This document shows positions 36,363 to 46,020 of a stretch of DNA of 64,000 nucleotides, in pieces. The position numbers were made by a program, and so were the translations under genes. The notes under the pieces were generated by a model. The model had not been told where the DNA came from. It saw only the letters and a program-made list of their open reading frames with translations, and searched no databases. The first letter of the stretch is position 1. Every line of letters begins with the position of its first letter. This stretch comes from Bdellovibrionales bacterium (lineage in GTDB: Bacteria; Bdellovibrionota; Bdellovibrionia; Bdellovibrionales; UBA1609), in assembly GCA_028819545.1 (NCBI GenBank), contig JAPPLG010000016.1:5160-69159 (forward strand). Direction: 5' to 3'.

Positions 36363-37055
36363 ATGCTTTATTTTTTTAATAACAGCCAAAAGGATATCAC
36401 GATTTTAAGATGGATCATTTTTTTCTTCTGCCTACTGCATTTTTCGAGCTATGCCAGTGAATACGGGCATATATGGGGAGAAGAAGACAGAAGAGGCACA
36501 TGGCGCCCCAGCTCCTATGAGATAAACCATGAAGGTATGACGCCTATAAAATATCCAGAAAAATGTGAGTACAAATCCTGTATTACATTGTATGTGAGTT
36601 GTACGAACTCGAAAAGCAATAACTCAGATCAAAAGAAATTTAGAGCGAGTGTTTCAATAGAACGTCATCCAGAGCACCCTCAAGAAATGTTCCATGTTCT
36701 GCGTATTCCAAGTTATAGCACAAGTGCCTCTATCTGGCTTAACGGAAACAAATCCCAAGCTTCTTTAAACCGAAGCAGTTTAATATACAGTTTTATGTAT
36801 AATACATCTTATTTTTGGTCAGCATACTTTGATGCCGAACTATTCGATGCCATACCTGTGAATGAAGTAAAGCTCCAAATAGAAAGCGAAGGTCAGCTCT
36901 TAAAAGTGCAAGCTGTATTTGATTTATCCAAAGAACAGGAAGATTTGCAGTATATGAAATCTACGTGCCCTCATCCTGGAACAGCAGAAGAAGAGACCGT
37001 AAAAAAAGTCAGAAAAAAGCCTTTTTTTTCCACTAAAAATTTGATACAAAAATAA
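36363..37055 (+). CDS. Secreted/membrane-anchored hypothetical protein
   Basis: 230 aa with an N-terminal hydrophobic segment WIIFFFCLLHFSSYA. Confidence 0.55.
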   Translation: MLYFFNNSQKDITILRWIIFFFCLLHFSSYASEYGHIWGEEDRRGTWRPSSYEINHEGMTPIKYPEKCEYKSCITLYVSCTNSKSNNSDQKKFRASVSIERHPEHPQEMFHVLRIPSYSTSASIWLNGNKSQASLNRSSLIYSFMYNTSYFWSAYFDAELFDAIPVNEVKLQIESEGQLLKVQAVFDLSKEQEDLQYMKSTCPHPGTAEEETVKKVRKKPFFSTKNLIQK

Positions 37056-37086
37056 ACTCATACCCATTTCCATAAGGAGGATATTC

Positions 37087-37626
37087 ATGTTAGGTGTAGG
37101 CGACCAATTCCCTGAGTTTAAAGTTAAAGCAACTGTTTCTACTTCAAGAAATTTATCAGAAGCTTTTAAAGATATTGATCAAGATACTTATGCAGGAAAG
37201 TGGAAGGTTTATTTCTTCTATCCAAAAGATTTTACTTTTGTATGCCCTACAGAAATCAAAGGGTTCAATGATCTAAACTCTGAATTTGAAAAAAGAAATG
37301 CTCAAGTGATCGCCGCTTCCACAGACTCCGAGTTTGTACACCATGCCTGGCGCACCCATGACAAACTTATTAATGACTTATCCATCCCTATGCTTGCAGA
37401 TATAAAAAGAGAGCTTTCAGCCTCTTTGGGCATCTTAGATGCAGAAGAGGGAGTCGCTCAAAGGGCTACTTTTATTGTAGATCCTGACAACAAAATTCGA
37501 GCTGTATATGTCACAGATCTGAATGTCGGCCGTGACCCTAAAGAAGTGCTTAGAATTTTAACTGCGCTTCAAACAGACAAACTGTGCCCTTGTGCATGGG
37601 AAGAAGGCAAAGACACTTTAAGCTAA
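37087..37626 (+). CDS. ahpC: Peroxiredoxin, AhpC/Tsa (typical 2-Cys) family
   Basis: 179 aa with the peroxidatic motif DFTFVCPTEI and a C-terminal Cys pair CPC. Confidence 0.92.
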   Translation: MLGVGDQFPEFKVKATVSTSRNLSEAFKDIDQDTYAGKWKVYFFYPKDFTFVCPTEIKGFNDLNSEFEKRNAQVIAASTDSEFVHHAWRTHDKLINDLSIPMLADIKRELSASLGILDAEEGVAQRATFIVDPDNKIRAVYVTDLNVGRDPKEVLRILTALQTDKLCPCAWEEGKDTLS

Positions 37627-37803
37627 GTCTTTCCTCAAACAAGCTGTTCTTTCCAAGAAATACCCTATAAAACATAGGTTATTGTCTCTTGGTGCCTTAT
37701 TGCCCAACTTTCATACTGTTAAGAGTGTGTATTTTTTACCCAGGCCTATAAGCCTGAGACGTTTAAAGTAAAGTTTTAACTCTAAAAATCCGTTTTTATT
37801 AAT

Positions 37804-38493
37804 ATGAGATATTTAATTTTTTTACTTATTTTATTGGGTGGATGTGATGCTATCAATAATGCCCAATCTTTTCTTAATAGCAATGAGAATGACTTTTCCT
37901 CTTCTTCAGGGTGCTCCAGCGAATGCCAGCAGGATTGTCGTGAAGTTTTTCCAAGCCTTGGCGACTTTGAAGAGTGTACAAAACTCTCTGATACCGCTGT
38001 TCGGCTTATTGAAAGAGCTGTGAATAATATGGAGAGAGGTATCTGGGAGCCCATTACTGAAGAACAAATTTCCTATATTGTCAGCATTTCTTATGATCCC
38101 TGGATACGCTATGCTGAAGGAGGCTCTGAGTCTGCAGAAAATATGCTTATATGGCTTGCAGAAAACGATAGAATCCCCCACTACCTGGATAAAGACAGCG
38201 AAGTGCTTAAAACTGTTCTGGACTCTTTAAGCTCACTTTCTTTTAATGAGGGAGTGAAAGACGCTCTCAGCAAAGAAATCGAAGACGGCAGAACCTTTTT
38301 GGAAATGATTGCCTGGGAAAAAAATGACACTGCCTTTAGAAGAGTACATGAGGTTATCTTAGAAGTATGTGATAGGGATGATATCTGTATTCGACAAACT
38401 TATTGCCAAAATAATTCAGATATTGTTCCAGATACTGTAAACAAATTGGAACTCAATCTTGACTTTCAAGATTTTAATTTTTCCTGTTCTTAA
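37804..38493 (+). CDS. Lipoprotein with a conserved Cys motif (paralog of 44399-45460)
   Basis: 229 aa with lipobox LLGGC. Shares CxxxC..C...F...EC..L and W[LV]AEN[DE]RI blocks with the 353-aa acidic protein. Confidence 0.6.
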   Translation: MRYLIFLLILLGGCDAINNAQSFLNSNENDFSSSSGCSSECQQDCREVFPSLGDFEECTKLSDTAVRLIERAVNNMERGIWEPITEEQISYIVSISYDPWIRYAEGGSESAENMLIWLAENDRIPHYLDKDSEVLKTVLDSLSSLSFNEGVKDALSKEIEDGRTFLEMIAWEKNDTAFRRVHEVILEVCDRDDICIRQTYCQNNSDIVPDTVNKLELNLDFQDFNFSCS

Positions 38494-38655
38494 TTAATAG
38501 ACACATTTTGTTATTCTTCATATTTCACTATATTCCAATATGAATATCACTTAAAAATTATGTAAATTTTACATTTTGAAGTTTTTTGTTACACAATAAC
38601 TTCTTTTGTGATAAGGACATTATCTCTTATAAAAAACAACAACTTTGGAGAAATT

Positions 38656-40113
38656 ATGAAAGCCATTCTGATATCTTTCCTGCTTGTATTTTGCTCTTTA
38701 GCAGTTTCACAAGAACCTTTAACTTTAGAAGAAATTCCCCAAGCCATTACAGAATACAATAAAAGAGAATCAAGAAGCATTACTTCTCTCAAAGATTTAA
38801 ATGACATGTATCTGCTCATTGAAGGCGCTCTTTCCACTGATGAGTATATGAAAAGACATAATTTAACAAAAAGGAAGTTTATTAAAAAGGTTTTCTCACA
38901 AGTTGATCATTTAACTCCAGAAGCACTTGCTGTGGCCATTGTAGATTGGAATTCAAAACAAGCATTCTCTGAAAATAAAGAATCTGTCATTAATTCTATT
39001 TCGAGATTTAATACTTTTTATAATCGTATTTACGGGGCACTGTCTCTTGAAACTTACAGAGTTCTTTATGACCTTAAATTAAGTGAGTTTCTACACATAG
39101 TATTTGGAATTGGGAATAATGATGATGGTTTTGCGAGTTTGCAACAGCTTCCTCAGGCTATTGCTAGATATCACAGTAGCAAGGGAGCACGCTTTATAGC
39201 TTCTGCTCATATATATGACCATTACTACGGAGATATCCAAGGCGCCCTCTCTCGTGAAACTTATCAAGCGTTAAATAACATAAGAAAAACAGAGTTTGTA
39301 CAGTTTGTCTTTAGTAGAATTGAACATTTAACCCCGGAAGAACTTCCTCAGGCCATCAAAAATTATCATCGCAGGGTGCAGGCTGTTAGAATATCATCTT
39401 TAAACTCTTACAACCAGAACCGCAGTCGTATTCCGGGAGCTCTTAGTGTTGAAACCTATAAAACTCTTTATGGAGTGACAAGAGAACAGTTTAATAAAAT
39501 ATTAGAGAGCATAAACTATGTTAAAACCTTTACTACTGAAGAAATAAAAGAATATGAAAGAGAACAAGCACAAAAATCTAAATCTCGCACTCAACCCGAT
39601 AAAACAAACAATGGGAATATTCCTACATTGACATGGAAGCAAACTGTACAAGCTATTATTGAATACAATAAACCAGAGGCTCAAAATGGAAATGGACATA
39701 TATTTCATCCCATTGACTCATGGGCCTCTTATAGAAAACATCGTGAAGGAATTCCGGGAGCTGACTCTGTGGAAAACTTAGAGAGACAATACTTAGAAGA
39801 AAATAAAACTCTTTCCGGGTTTACACTCGCTCTTTTGGGGGAAGAAGAAAAAACTCTTACTCCTTTGGAACTTTCAAGAGCTATTGCGAAATACAATAGT
39901 GAAGTCCTTGCAACAGAACAAATTGATTACATAGAGGACTATGAAATCTTTTACTACAGGATTCCTCATGCTCCTACTATAGAAACCTTTAAAAAGTATG
40001 CTGAAGAGCTGTGGAAAGGGAACAATCAGTTTCAAGAAAAGTTTAGAACAGTAGATAGATATGTGGAACATGTTATTGTGAGCAATGTCTGTATGGAATC
40101 ATTTGGCAAATAA
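38656..40113 (+). CDS. Secreted protein built from six ~65-75-aa repeats
   Basis: Start MKAILISFLLVFCSLAVSQ (GGAG Shine-Dalgarno). Repeat signature LTPEELPQAIxxYN...IPGALSxETYxxLY...F. Confidence 0.65.
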   Translation: MKAILISFLLVFCSLAVSQEPLTLEEIPQAITEYNKRESRSITSLKDLNDMYLLIEGALSTDEYMKRHNLTKRKFIKKVFSQVDHLTPEALAVAIVDWNSKQAFSENKESVINSISRFNTFYNRIYGALSLETYRVLYDLKLSEFLHIVFGIGNNDDGFASLQQLPQAIARYHSSKGARFIASAHIYDHYYGDIQGALSRETYQALNNIRKTEFVQFVFSRIEHLTPEELPQAIKNYHRRVQAVRISSLNSYNQNRSRIPGALSVETYKTLYGVTREQFNKILESINYVKTFTTEEIKEYEREQAQKSKSRTQPDKTNNGNIPTLTWKQTVQAIIEYNKPEAQNGNGHIFHPIDSWASYRKHREGIPGADSVENLERQYLEENKTLSGFTLALLGEEEKTLTPLELSRAIAKYNSEVLATEQIDYIEDYEIFYYRIPHAPTIETFKKYAEELWKGNNQFQEKFRTVDRYVEHVIVSNVCMESFGK

Positions 40114-40115
40114 CT

Positions 40116-42218
40116 TTAAGTAAAAGATTTTTCTAAATGCAGTAAGAAAGCGTACTCAAGAGCCAGCAGTTTTAACTTTTTAAACCTTCCTGTTGTACCG
40201 CTATGGCCGGAATCCATATCCATATAAAGCAAAATCAAAGAATCGTTTTGTTGTAAATCCCTTAAACGAGTAACCCATTTTAAAGGCTCCCAGTACTGCA
40301 CTTGTGAATCGTGATACCCGGAAGTCACTAATATATGTGGAAATGAGTTTTGTTTAACATTATCGTAAGGGGAATAAGATTTTATATAATCATAATAGGC
40401 CTTATCTTCAGGGTTGCCCCATTCATCGTATTCTCCTGAGGTCAAGGGAATGGATGAGTCCTGCATGGTTGTCACCACATCCACAAAAGGCACATGAGCC
40501 ACCAGCCCTGTATAAAGATCAGGTCTGCTGTTGAGAACACTTCCTATAAGAAGCCCCCCTGCAGATCCTCCAACCGCATAGAGGCGCTTTCCATAGCCTT
40601 CTTTTAGTAAATACTCAGAACAGTCAATAAAATCATTAAAAGTATTTTTTTTATTTAAAAGCCTTCCCTGTTCATACCACCATTTACCGTTTTCAGCGCC
40701 GCCGCGAATATGAGCGATAGCAAAAACAAACCCCCGATCCACTAATGAAAACATATTTCTATAAAAGAAGGGCTCCATACTAATACCGTAAGATCCATAT
40801 CCATAAAGATAAAGAGGATTTGAGTGTTGTTTAAATTGATCTTTTTTATAAAGCAGACTCACAGGAATTTCTACTCCATCTCGAGCTGGAATAAAAAGTC
40901 TTTCCTGATGGTATTTGTCTGGATCAAAGGGGACAGCTAAATTCTTCTGATGGATAAATTTATTTTTCTTAGTTAATACATCGTAATCATAAATAGTTTC
41001 AGGAGTAATCAGAGACTCGTAACTAAAACGAAGCAAATCAGTTTTAAAATTAGCATTAGTGGAAAGCTCCACGACATGAGGTTCAGCAGGTACAGGAAGT
41101 TTTTTCAATTGATGTGTCTTTCGATCTAAAAGAAGCACTTGGGTAAGACTTTTCTCTCGCACTTCAAGAGCAATAAAATCTTCAAACACATGAAAATCTT
41201 CAATATAAATATCTTTATTATGAGGAAAAATATTGCTCCACTGGTCTTTATTGCTCAAGGAAGCCTGATCCAACCGATAATTTTTGCAGTCATTTGAATT
41301 TGTTAAAATATAAAAACAGTCTCTTCCATCCTCAACAAAGTATTTATGTTTTCTTTTTCTTTCTAAAAAGACCTCAAAATTATTTGCAGGTTTATCTGCA
41401 GGTATAAATCGGGACTCCGTTGTCATAGAACTTAAAGATTGAATAAAAATATATTTCTCAGACAAAGATTTGAATATATCTATGTAAAATGTTTCGTCTT
41501 TTTCTTCAAAAACTAATGTATGTTCTTGAGTTTTAAGATCGTATCGAAACACTTTATGAGGTCTCAAAGTTTGAGCGTCTTGTTTGACATAAAACAAAGT
41601 TCGATCGTCATTAGCCCATACCATGTCTCCTGCAGTATCAGGAATGTTATTGGGTAAAATTTGATTTTTTTCTAAATCCTTAAAACAAATTGTATAAAAC
41701 CTTCTTCCGACAGAATCTGCTGAAAATGCTATAAACCTATGAGAAAAAGAAAGTGAAATATTGGATAGAGAATAGTATTTATGTTCTTTTGCCAGCTCAT
41801 TAACGTCTAAAATAATTTCTTCGTTTTCAGTATTTATTTTTTTTCTACAATAGATTGAATACTCTTTTTTATCTTCATAGCGGCTCCAGTAAAGATAGTT
41901 TTTAAAAGGGTAAGGAGGTGTGGATTCTTTTCCAGGGATTTTTTTCTTTAGCTCTTCATAGATTTGATCTTGAAGTTCTTTTGCAGGCTTACTCTTATGT
42001 TCAAAGTATTCCTGTTCTGTTGCAATATGAGATAAGACAGCAGAGGAGTCTCTTTGATTCATCCAGTAATAAGGATCTCTCCTCTGATCTTTCAAGATCT
42101 TCTCAATTTTTTGAGCTTTTGGGGCTTTCATAAGGCTTCTTTCACTATAAAACTGTGTTATAGTCAAAATCCAAAATAAAGACAATGAGAAAAAGGGCAG
42201 TCCACTTTGAAAGATCAC
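40116..42218 (-). CDS. ptrB: S9A serine peptidase, oligopeptidase B-like (alternative start 42131)
   Basis: 700 aa with N-terminal RRDPYYWM and a catalytic GGSAGGLL nucleophile elbow, plus a C-terminal Asp/His region. Confidence 0.88.
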   Translation of the reverse strand: MIFQSGLPFFSLSLFWILTITQFYSERSLMKAPKAQKIEKILKDQRRDPYYWMNQRDSSAVLSHIATEQEYFEHKSKPAKELQDQIYEELKKKIPGKESTPPYPFKNYLYWSRYEDKKEYSIYCRKKINTENEEIILDVNELAKEHKYYSLSNISLSFSHRFIAFSADSVGRRFYTICFKDLEKNQILPNNIPDTAGDMVWANDDRTLFYVKQDAQTLRPHKVFRYDLKTQEHTLVFEEKDETFYIDIFKSLSEKYIFIQSLSSMTTESRFIPADKPANNFEVFLERKRKHKYFVEDGRDCFYILTNSNDCKNYRLDQASLSNKDQWSNIFPHNKDIYIEDFHVFEDFIALEVREKSLTQVLLLDRKTHQLKKLPVPAEPHVVELSTNANFKTDLLRFSYESLITPETIYDYDVLTKKNKFIHQKNLAVPFDPDKYHQERLFIPARDGVEIPVSLLYKKDQFKQHSNPLYLYGYGSYGISMEPFFYRNMFSLVDRGFVFAIAHIRGGAENGKWWYEQGRLLNKKNTFNDFIDCSEYLLKEGYGKRLYAVGGSAGGLLIGSVLNSRPDLYTGLVAHVPFVDVVTTMQDSSIPLTSGEYDEWGNPEDKAYYDYIKSYSPYDNVKQNSFPHILVTSGYHDSQVQYWEPLKWVTRLRDLQQNDSLILLYMDMDSGHSGTTGRFKKLKLLALEYAFLLHLEKSFT

Positions 42219-42854
42219 ACGTTAATTGTTGGGGATATTCACGGGTGTTTTGATGAACTGATGATGTTATTGGAGAAGGCGGACTACAACCCATCAAAAC
42301 ATGAGTTGATTTTCATTGGGGATCTTATCAATAAGGGGCCTTATTCTTTTAAAACCTTAAAATTTGCTTATGAGAATAAAATTCAATGTGTCATAGGAAA
42401 TCATGAATTAAAGTTTATCCACTTTATTGAAAAAGGTTTAGAGCTTCCTCCAAAGTTAAATCAGTTAAAATTGGAGATGGGTTCAGATTTGAAAAAATGG
42501 CTGGAGTACATGAAAAGCTGGCCGACTTTTATTGAAAAAGAAGATTTTCTAGTCGTACACGCAGGTTTGGTGCCGGAGAAGCATCCCAGCCAATCCCATA
42601 TCGTGCAGTTGGTGAACATTCGTCACTGGGAGAACGGAAAGATGTGTTCCCAAAATACAGGACGCCCTTGGCATGATTATTATAAAGCAGAAAAGTTAGT
42701 TATTTATGGACACTGGGCAAGACAGGGAGTTTTGAAAAAAAATAATTCCTTATGTTTGGATTCAGGCTGTGTGTATGGGAGACAGCTCACAGGTGTTTTT
42801 TTCCCAAGTCAAACTCTGGTTCAAGTTCCTTCACTTCAACCCAAAGTGTTTTAG
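42207..42854 (+). CDS. Metallophosphoesterase, ApaH/PrpE-type phosphatase
   Basis: 215 aa with GDIHGCFDEL, GDLINKGP and GNHE motifs. TTG start. Confidence 0.8.
   Translation: MKDHTLIVGDIHGCFDELMMLLEKADYNPSKHELIFIGDLINKGPYSFKTLKFAYENKIQCVIGNHELKFIHFIEKGLELPPKLNQLKLEMGSDLKKWLEYMKSWPTFIEKEDFLVVHAGLVPEKHPSQSHIVQLVNIRHWENGKMCSQNTGRPWHDYYKAEKLVIYGHWARQGVLKKNNSLCLDSGCVYGRQLTGVFFPSQTLVQVPSLQPKVF
42791..42853 (+). repeat. Native 3' end of the phosphatase gene, repeated at 44101-44164
   Basis: 51 nt are perfectly identical (CCCAAGTCAAACTCTGGTTCAAGTTCCTTCACTTCAACCCAAAGTGTTTTA), plus ~12 nt of imperfect match on the left. Confidence 0.92.
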
Positions 42855-44100
42855 TTGATTTTTAAATCAGTTTGTCTTTTTCCAAACATTTAAGAAAATT
42901 TTTAAGAGTATAAATTTCTAAAAATTCAGTCTTTAAATTTCTATCTCCTAAATAAATCCCTAAAGCTCTATCTATAATGTTTTCTTTCTTAACTTTTATG
43001 AGATGCTTTCCAAATTCCCTTTTCCAATGGGTTGAAGATTTCAATTCAATTCCTATTTTTTTTCCTCTTATTTCTATTATAAAGTCTATTTCTGAATTGT
43101 GATGCGTTTTCCAAAAACTAATCTTAGCCCCCCAATCTTTTATTTGATTCCAAGCTTTTAATTCGTGGAGAAGATAGGTTTCCAAAAGAAACCCCTTTTC
43201 TGGAGCCTGTAAAGGAACCCTTAACTGCCCCGATAAAGTTCGAACAACCCCTGTATCAAAAAAGAAAAATTTAGGTTGAATAACAGTTTTAACACGAGCT
43301 TTAGATTTCCATACAGGAAGCCATGAACCAATTAAAGTGTCCTCCAAGGCTTGAAAATATCCTTTTACAGTTGTCCTGGAAACACCTGAGTCCCTTCCTA
43401 AAGAGGCCATGTTAATAATTTGAGCATTACAAACAGAAGATATATCCAAAAAATTTGAAAAAGCACTAATATTTTTCACAACAGCTTCCTGCTGAATTTC
43501 TTCTCTAAGATACATTAACGAATACGCTTCTAAAAATTCTATTTTTTGTTTAACTGTTTTCAAATTCAAACATTCAGGCAAAGTTCCAAATCGAAGAATA
43601 TCTTCCCATTGATCACTCTGATGTTCTGAGTACACCAAAGGATAGAAAAACTTGTGACTCGCCCTTCCTCCAAGCAAGTTGGAAGAGGATCTTTTCAGTT
43701 TTCTAGCACTGGAGCCCGACAAGACAAATTGTTTTTTATTATTTCTTTCAGATAGAAAATGATGAACATCATCTAAAAGAAGCGGCAACTTTTGCACTTC
43801 ATCAATAACGATAATAGAGTTTTTAGGAAGAGCTAATACTTCATGCCGAAACAGCTCTGGATTTTTTTGAAACTTAAGATAGGTTGAAGGGTGAAGAAGA
43901 TCATAGAAAACAGCTTTTTTATAATGACTTTTAAGCCAAGTGGTTTTTCCTGTTCCTCTAGGCCCTAAAATAAAGAAAGATCTGTTAGAAGTATGAAAAT
44001 GCCTTTTATACATGAGGCGAGCTTAACATGAAAACAAAAATTTGTAAAGTCTGTTGTCATATTTCCCTTAAAAATAACAATCTACATTACATTTTTTTCA
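42854..44100 (-). mobile_element. Single-gene ATPase cassette D inserted at the stop codon of the phosphatase gene
   Basis: Bounded by 42791-42853 and 44101-44164. The only cargo is a COG1373-type ATPase gene, here convergent with the target gene. Confidence 0.6.
42862..44013 (-). CDS. COG1373-type AAA ATPase with a C-terminal PD-(D/E)xK-like (DUF4143-type) module
   Basis: Walker A GPRGTGKTTWL, Walker B VIDEVQK, LSGSSARKLKRSSSNLLGGRA, and C-terminal SEIDFII...GIELKSS. Confidence 0.85.
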   Translation of the reverse strand: MYKRHFHTSNRSFFILGPRGTGKTTWLKSHYKKAVFYDLLHPSTYLKFQKNPELFRHEVLALPKNSIIVIDEVQKLPLLLDDVHHFLSERNNKKQFVLSGSSARKLKRSSSNLLGGRASHKFFYPLVYSEHQSDQWEDILRFGTLPECLNLKTVKQKIEFLEAYSLMYLREEIQQEAVVKNISAFSNFLDISSVCNAQIINMASLGRDSGVSRTTVKGYFQALEDTLIGSWLPVWKSKARVKTVIQPKFFFFDTGVVRTLSGQLRVPLQAPEKGFLLETYLLHELKAWNQIKDWGAKISFWKTHHNSEIDFIIEIRGKKIGIELKSSTHWKREFGKHLIKVKKENIIDRALGIYLGDRNLKTEFLEIYTLKNFLKCLEKDKLI

Positions 44101-44164
44101 AGGATGTTTTTCTCCCAAGTCAAACTCTGGTTCAAGTTCCTTCACTTCAACCCAAAGTGTTTTA
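44101..44164 (+). repeat. Duplicate of the phosphatase gene 3' end (right boundary of cassette D)
   Basis: See 42791-42853. The stop is TAA here and TAG in the native copy. Confidence 0.92.
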
Positions 44165-44344
44165 AAATTAACTTGTTTCGTGACCCCTATTTTGACTAGA
44201 TACTTTCCTGAAGGGATATGGACTATTTTGCTTTTCACGCTCTCTCAATTCTCCAATTCTGTCAGCGAGCAAAGAGGTGAAACTCTAAACCTCTGAGCAA
44301 TGAACATTTACAATTCCAGCGAAGGCCGGAATCCAGATGCACAT

Positions 44345-44373
44345 AAAAAAAAGGGGAAGTGAAAACTTCCCCT
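44345..44373 (-). terminator. Rho-independent terminator of the 44399-45460 gene
   Basis: Minus strand: AGGGGAAG-ttttca-CTTCCCCT followed by T8, 26 nt after the stop codon. Confidence 0.75.
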
Positions 44374-44398
44374 GAACGATCAAGTGTATTTTAATTAC

Positions 44399-45460
44399 TC
44401 AATCGAATAAATCTTCAAGATCATCATCAGTGTTGTCCACAAGTACACTAGGACCACAATCATTGGCTTCAGCATTGTAATCATCCAAAACATCATCAAA
44501 AATCTTATCACTTTTTTCTAAATCATAAATACTGCAATAAGCGGCCAACATACACTGCTGAACATCTTCATCCGGCAGTTCATCATCTGTAGCTTCTTCA
44601 CAAAAACGAACTAAACTTTCATGAGCCAATTCAATTGCCGCTTCATTGTCTTCATCTTCAGCATAACTGATAAAAGAATCACCACTAAATTTTAGATCAT
44701 TATGTGATCCAATAAAACTACTGATAAATTCTAAAACTGAACCACTAAGCAATAAACTAGAACTGCCAAGCCTTACCCTGTCACTTTCCCACACTATACT
44801 AATATCGCCATTATTTGTTTCTGCATTAGTTAAATTAAATCTGGTCATACCACCATTTACGTCATCACTTAATCGTAAAAATAAATGATACAAAATATCG
44901 TAGTGTTCATCTACACGTTCAATAGCTCTGGCAATCCTTTCATTTTCAGCAACCCATTCCAAGGCTAACTTAGCTTCCATTCTGTTATAAGCAGCACGGT
45001 TATTATAGTCGTCGCCTCCCTGTGAACCAAGAATAATATCCACCCAACCGTCGACATCTATGTCTAAAAACTCCTCAAAATCATTCACATCTATATCTTC
45101 CAAGCTTCTTAGACTAATAGAAGAAGAATGAAGTTCGTCAAAAACATGCTCCAAGTCACTCACCTCATCAAAATCTAACTCGTAACACTCACTTCGAGCG
45201 CTGGAGTTACGAAACATATAGTCACAACTGTCTTGGCAAGAGTCTCTATCTTCACAAGGTCTGCGATCTCTACTACTGCCTCTTCTTCTGTCTGCAAAAG
45301 CCACATCATCATCGTCATCATCTCTGTCTAAACTAAATAAATCTGAACGACTTCTATCAGCAGGAGCAATACACGAAATCATAAAACCACTGTAGATGAT
45401 TAAAATTAAAAACATGCTTCCAAGCATGATATTTTCAAGACTGAAATACTGTTTGCTCAT
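44399..45460 (-). CDS. Highly acidic putative lipoprotein (paralog of 37804-38493)
   Basis: 353 aa with an N-terminal TM/lipobox-like ...GFMISC and D/E-rich sequence. Shares Cys-motif and WVAENERI blocks with the 229-aa protein. Confidence 0.6.
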   Translation of the reverse strand: MSKQYFSLENIMLGSMFLILIIYSGFMISCIAPADRSRSDLFSLDRDDDDDDVAFADRRRGSSRDRRPCEDRDSCQDSCDYMFRNSSARSECYELDFDEVSDLEHVFDELHSSSISLRSLEDIDVNDFEEFLDIDVDGWVDIILGSQGGDDYNNRAAYNRMEAKLALEWVAENERIARAIERVDEHYDILYHLFLRLSDDVNGGMTRFNLTNAETNNGDISIVWESDRVRLGSSSLLLSGSVLEFISSFIGSHNDLKFSGDSFISYAEDEDNEAAIELAHESLVRFCEEATDDELPDEDVQQCMLAAYCSIYDLEKSDKIFDDVLDDYNAEANDCGPSVLVDNTDDDLEDLFD

Positions 45461-46020
45461 TTTCTAACTCCTTTTAAAGCAGGGCTTTTGTCCCTCTCAT
45501 ACAGACTATCGTCTAATCCAGCTTTAGAACTTTAATTTTTCTGACAAAGAAGTATAAATTATTGATTTTACTGGATTTTTTAATTTTTATCAGAATGTAT
45601 GTTATATCATCTTCATTTTCTACAGTGAAAGAGTATGTATAAGCGACTTAAACGAATTCAACTACGAGGCAGCAAGATGCCAACCGAACATGGGTGCCAA
45701 CTGAAACTGCTGAGTTGTTTTTATATAAGGCCTTTGTAATAAAAGAAGTCGATCAATCTTTGCCGGAAGCTTTAGCTTTACAAAAACAGAATAACATAGG
45801 TATTGGTTTATACTGCCACAGTTGGTGTAATTGTTATATCATTCCTTCCCATTATCATTGCTACAGAATAAATAGAAAACTTTATCTGCAATAATTTTAT
45901 CTCAGACGCTTTGTACCGGATGACCCAAACTGGAACATAGTAATTACTGTTTTTTCTTCAAACAAATATAGAAACTGATATACGCTTGAGAGCGTTTAAA
46001 TAAATGTCGATAATCACAAT

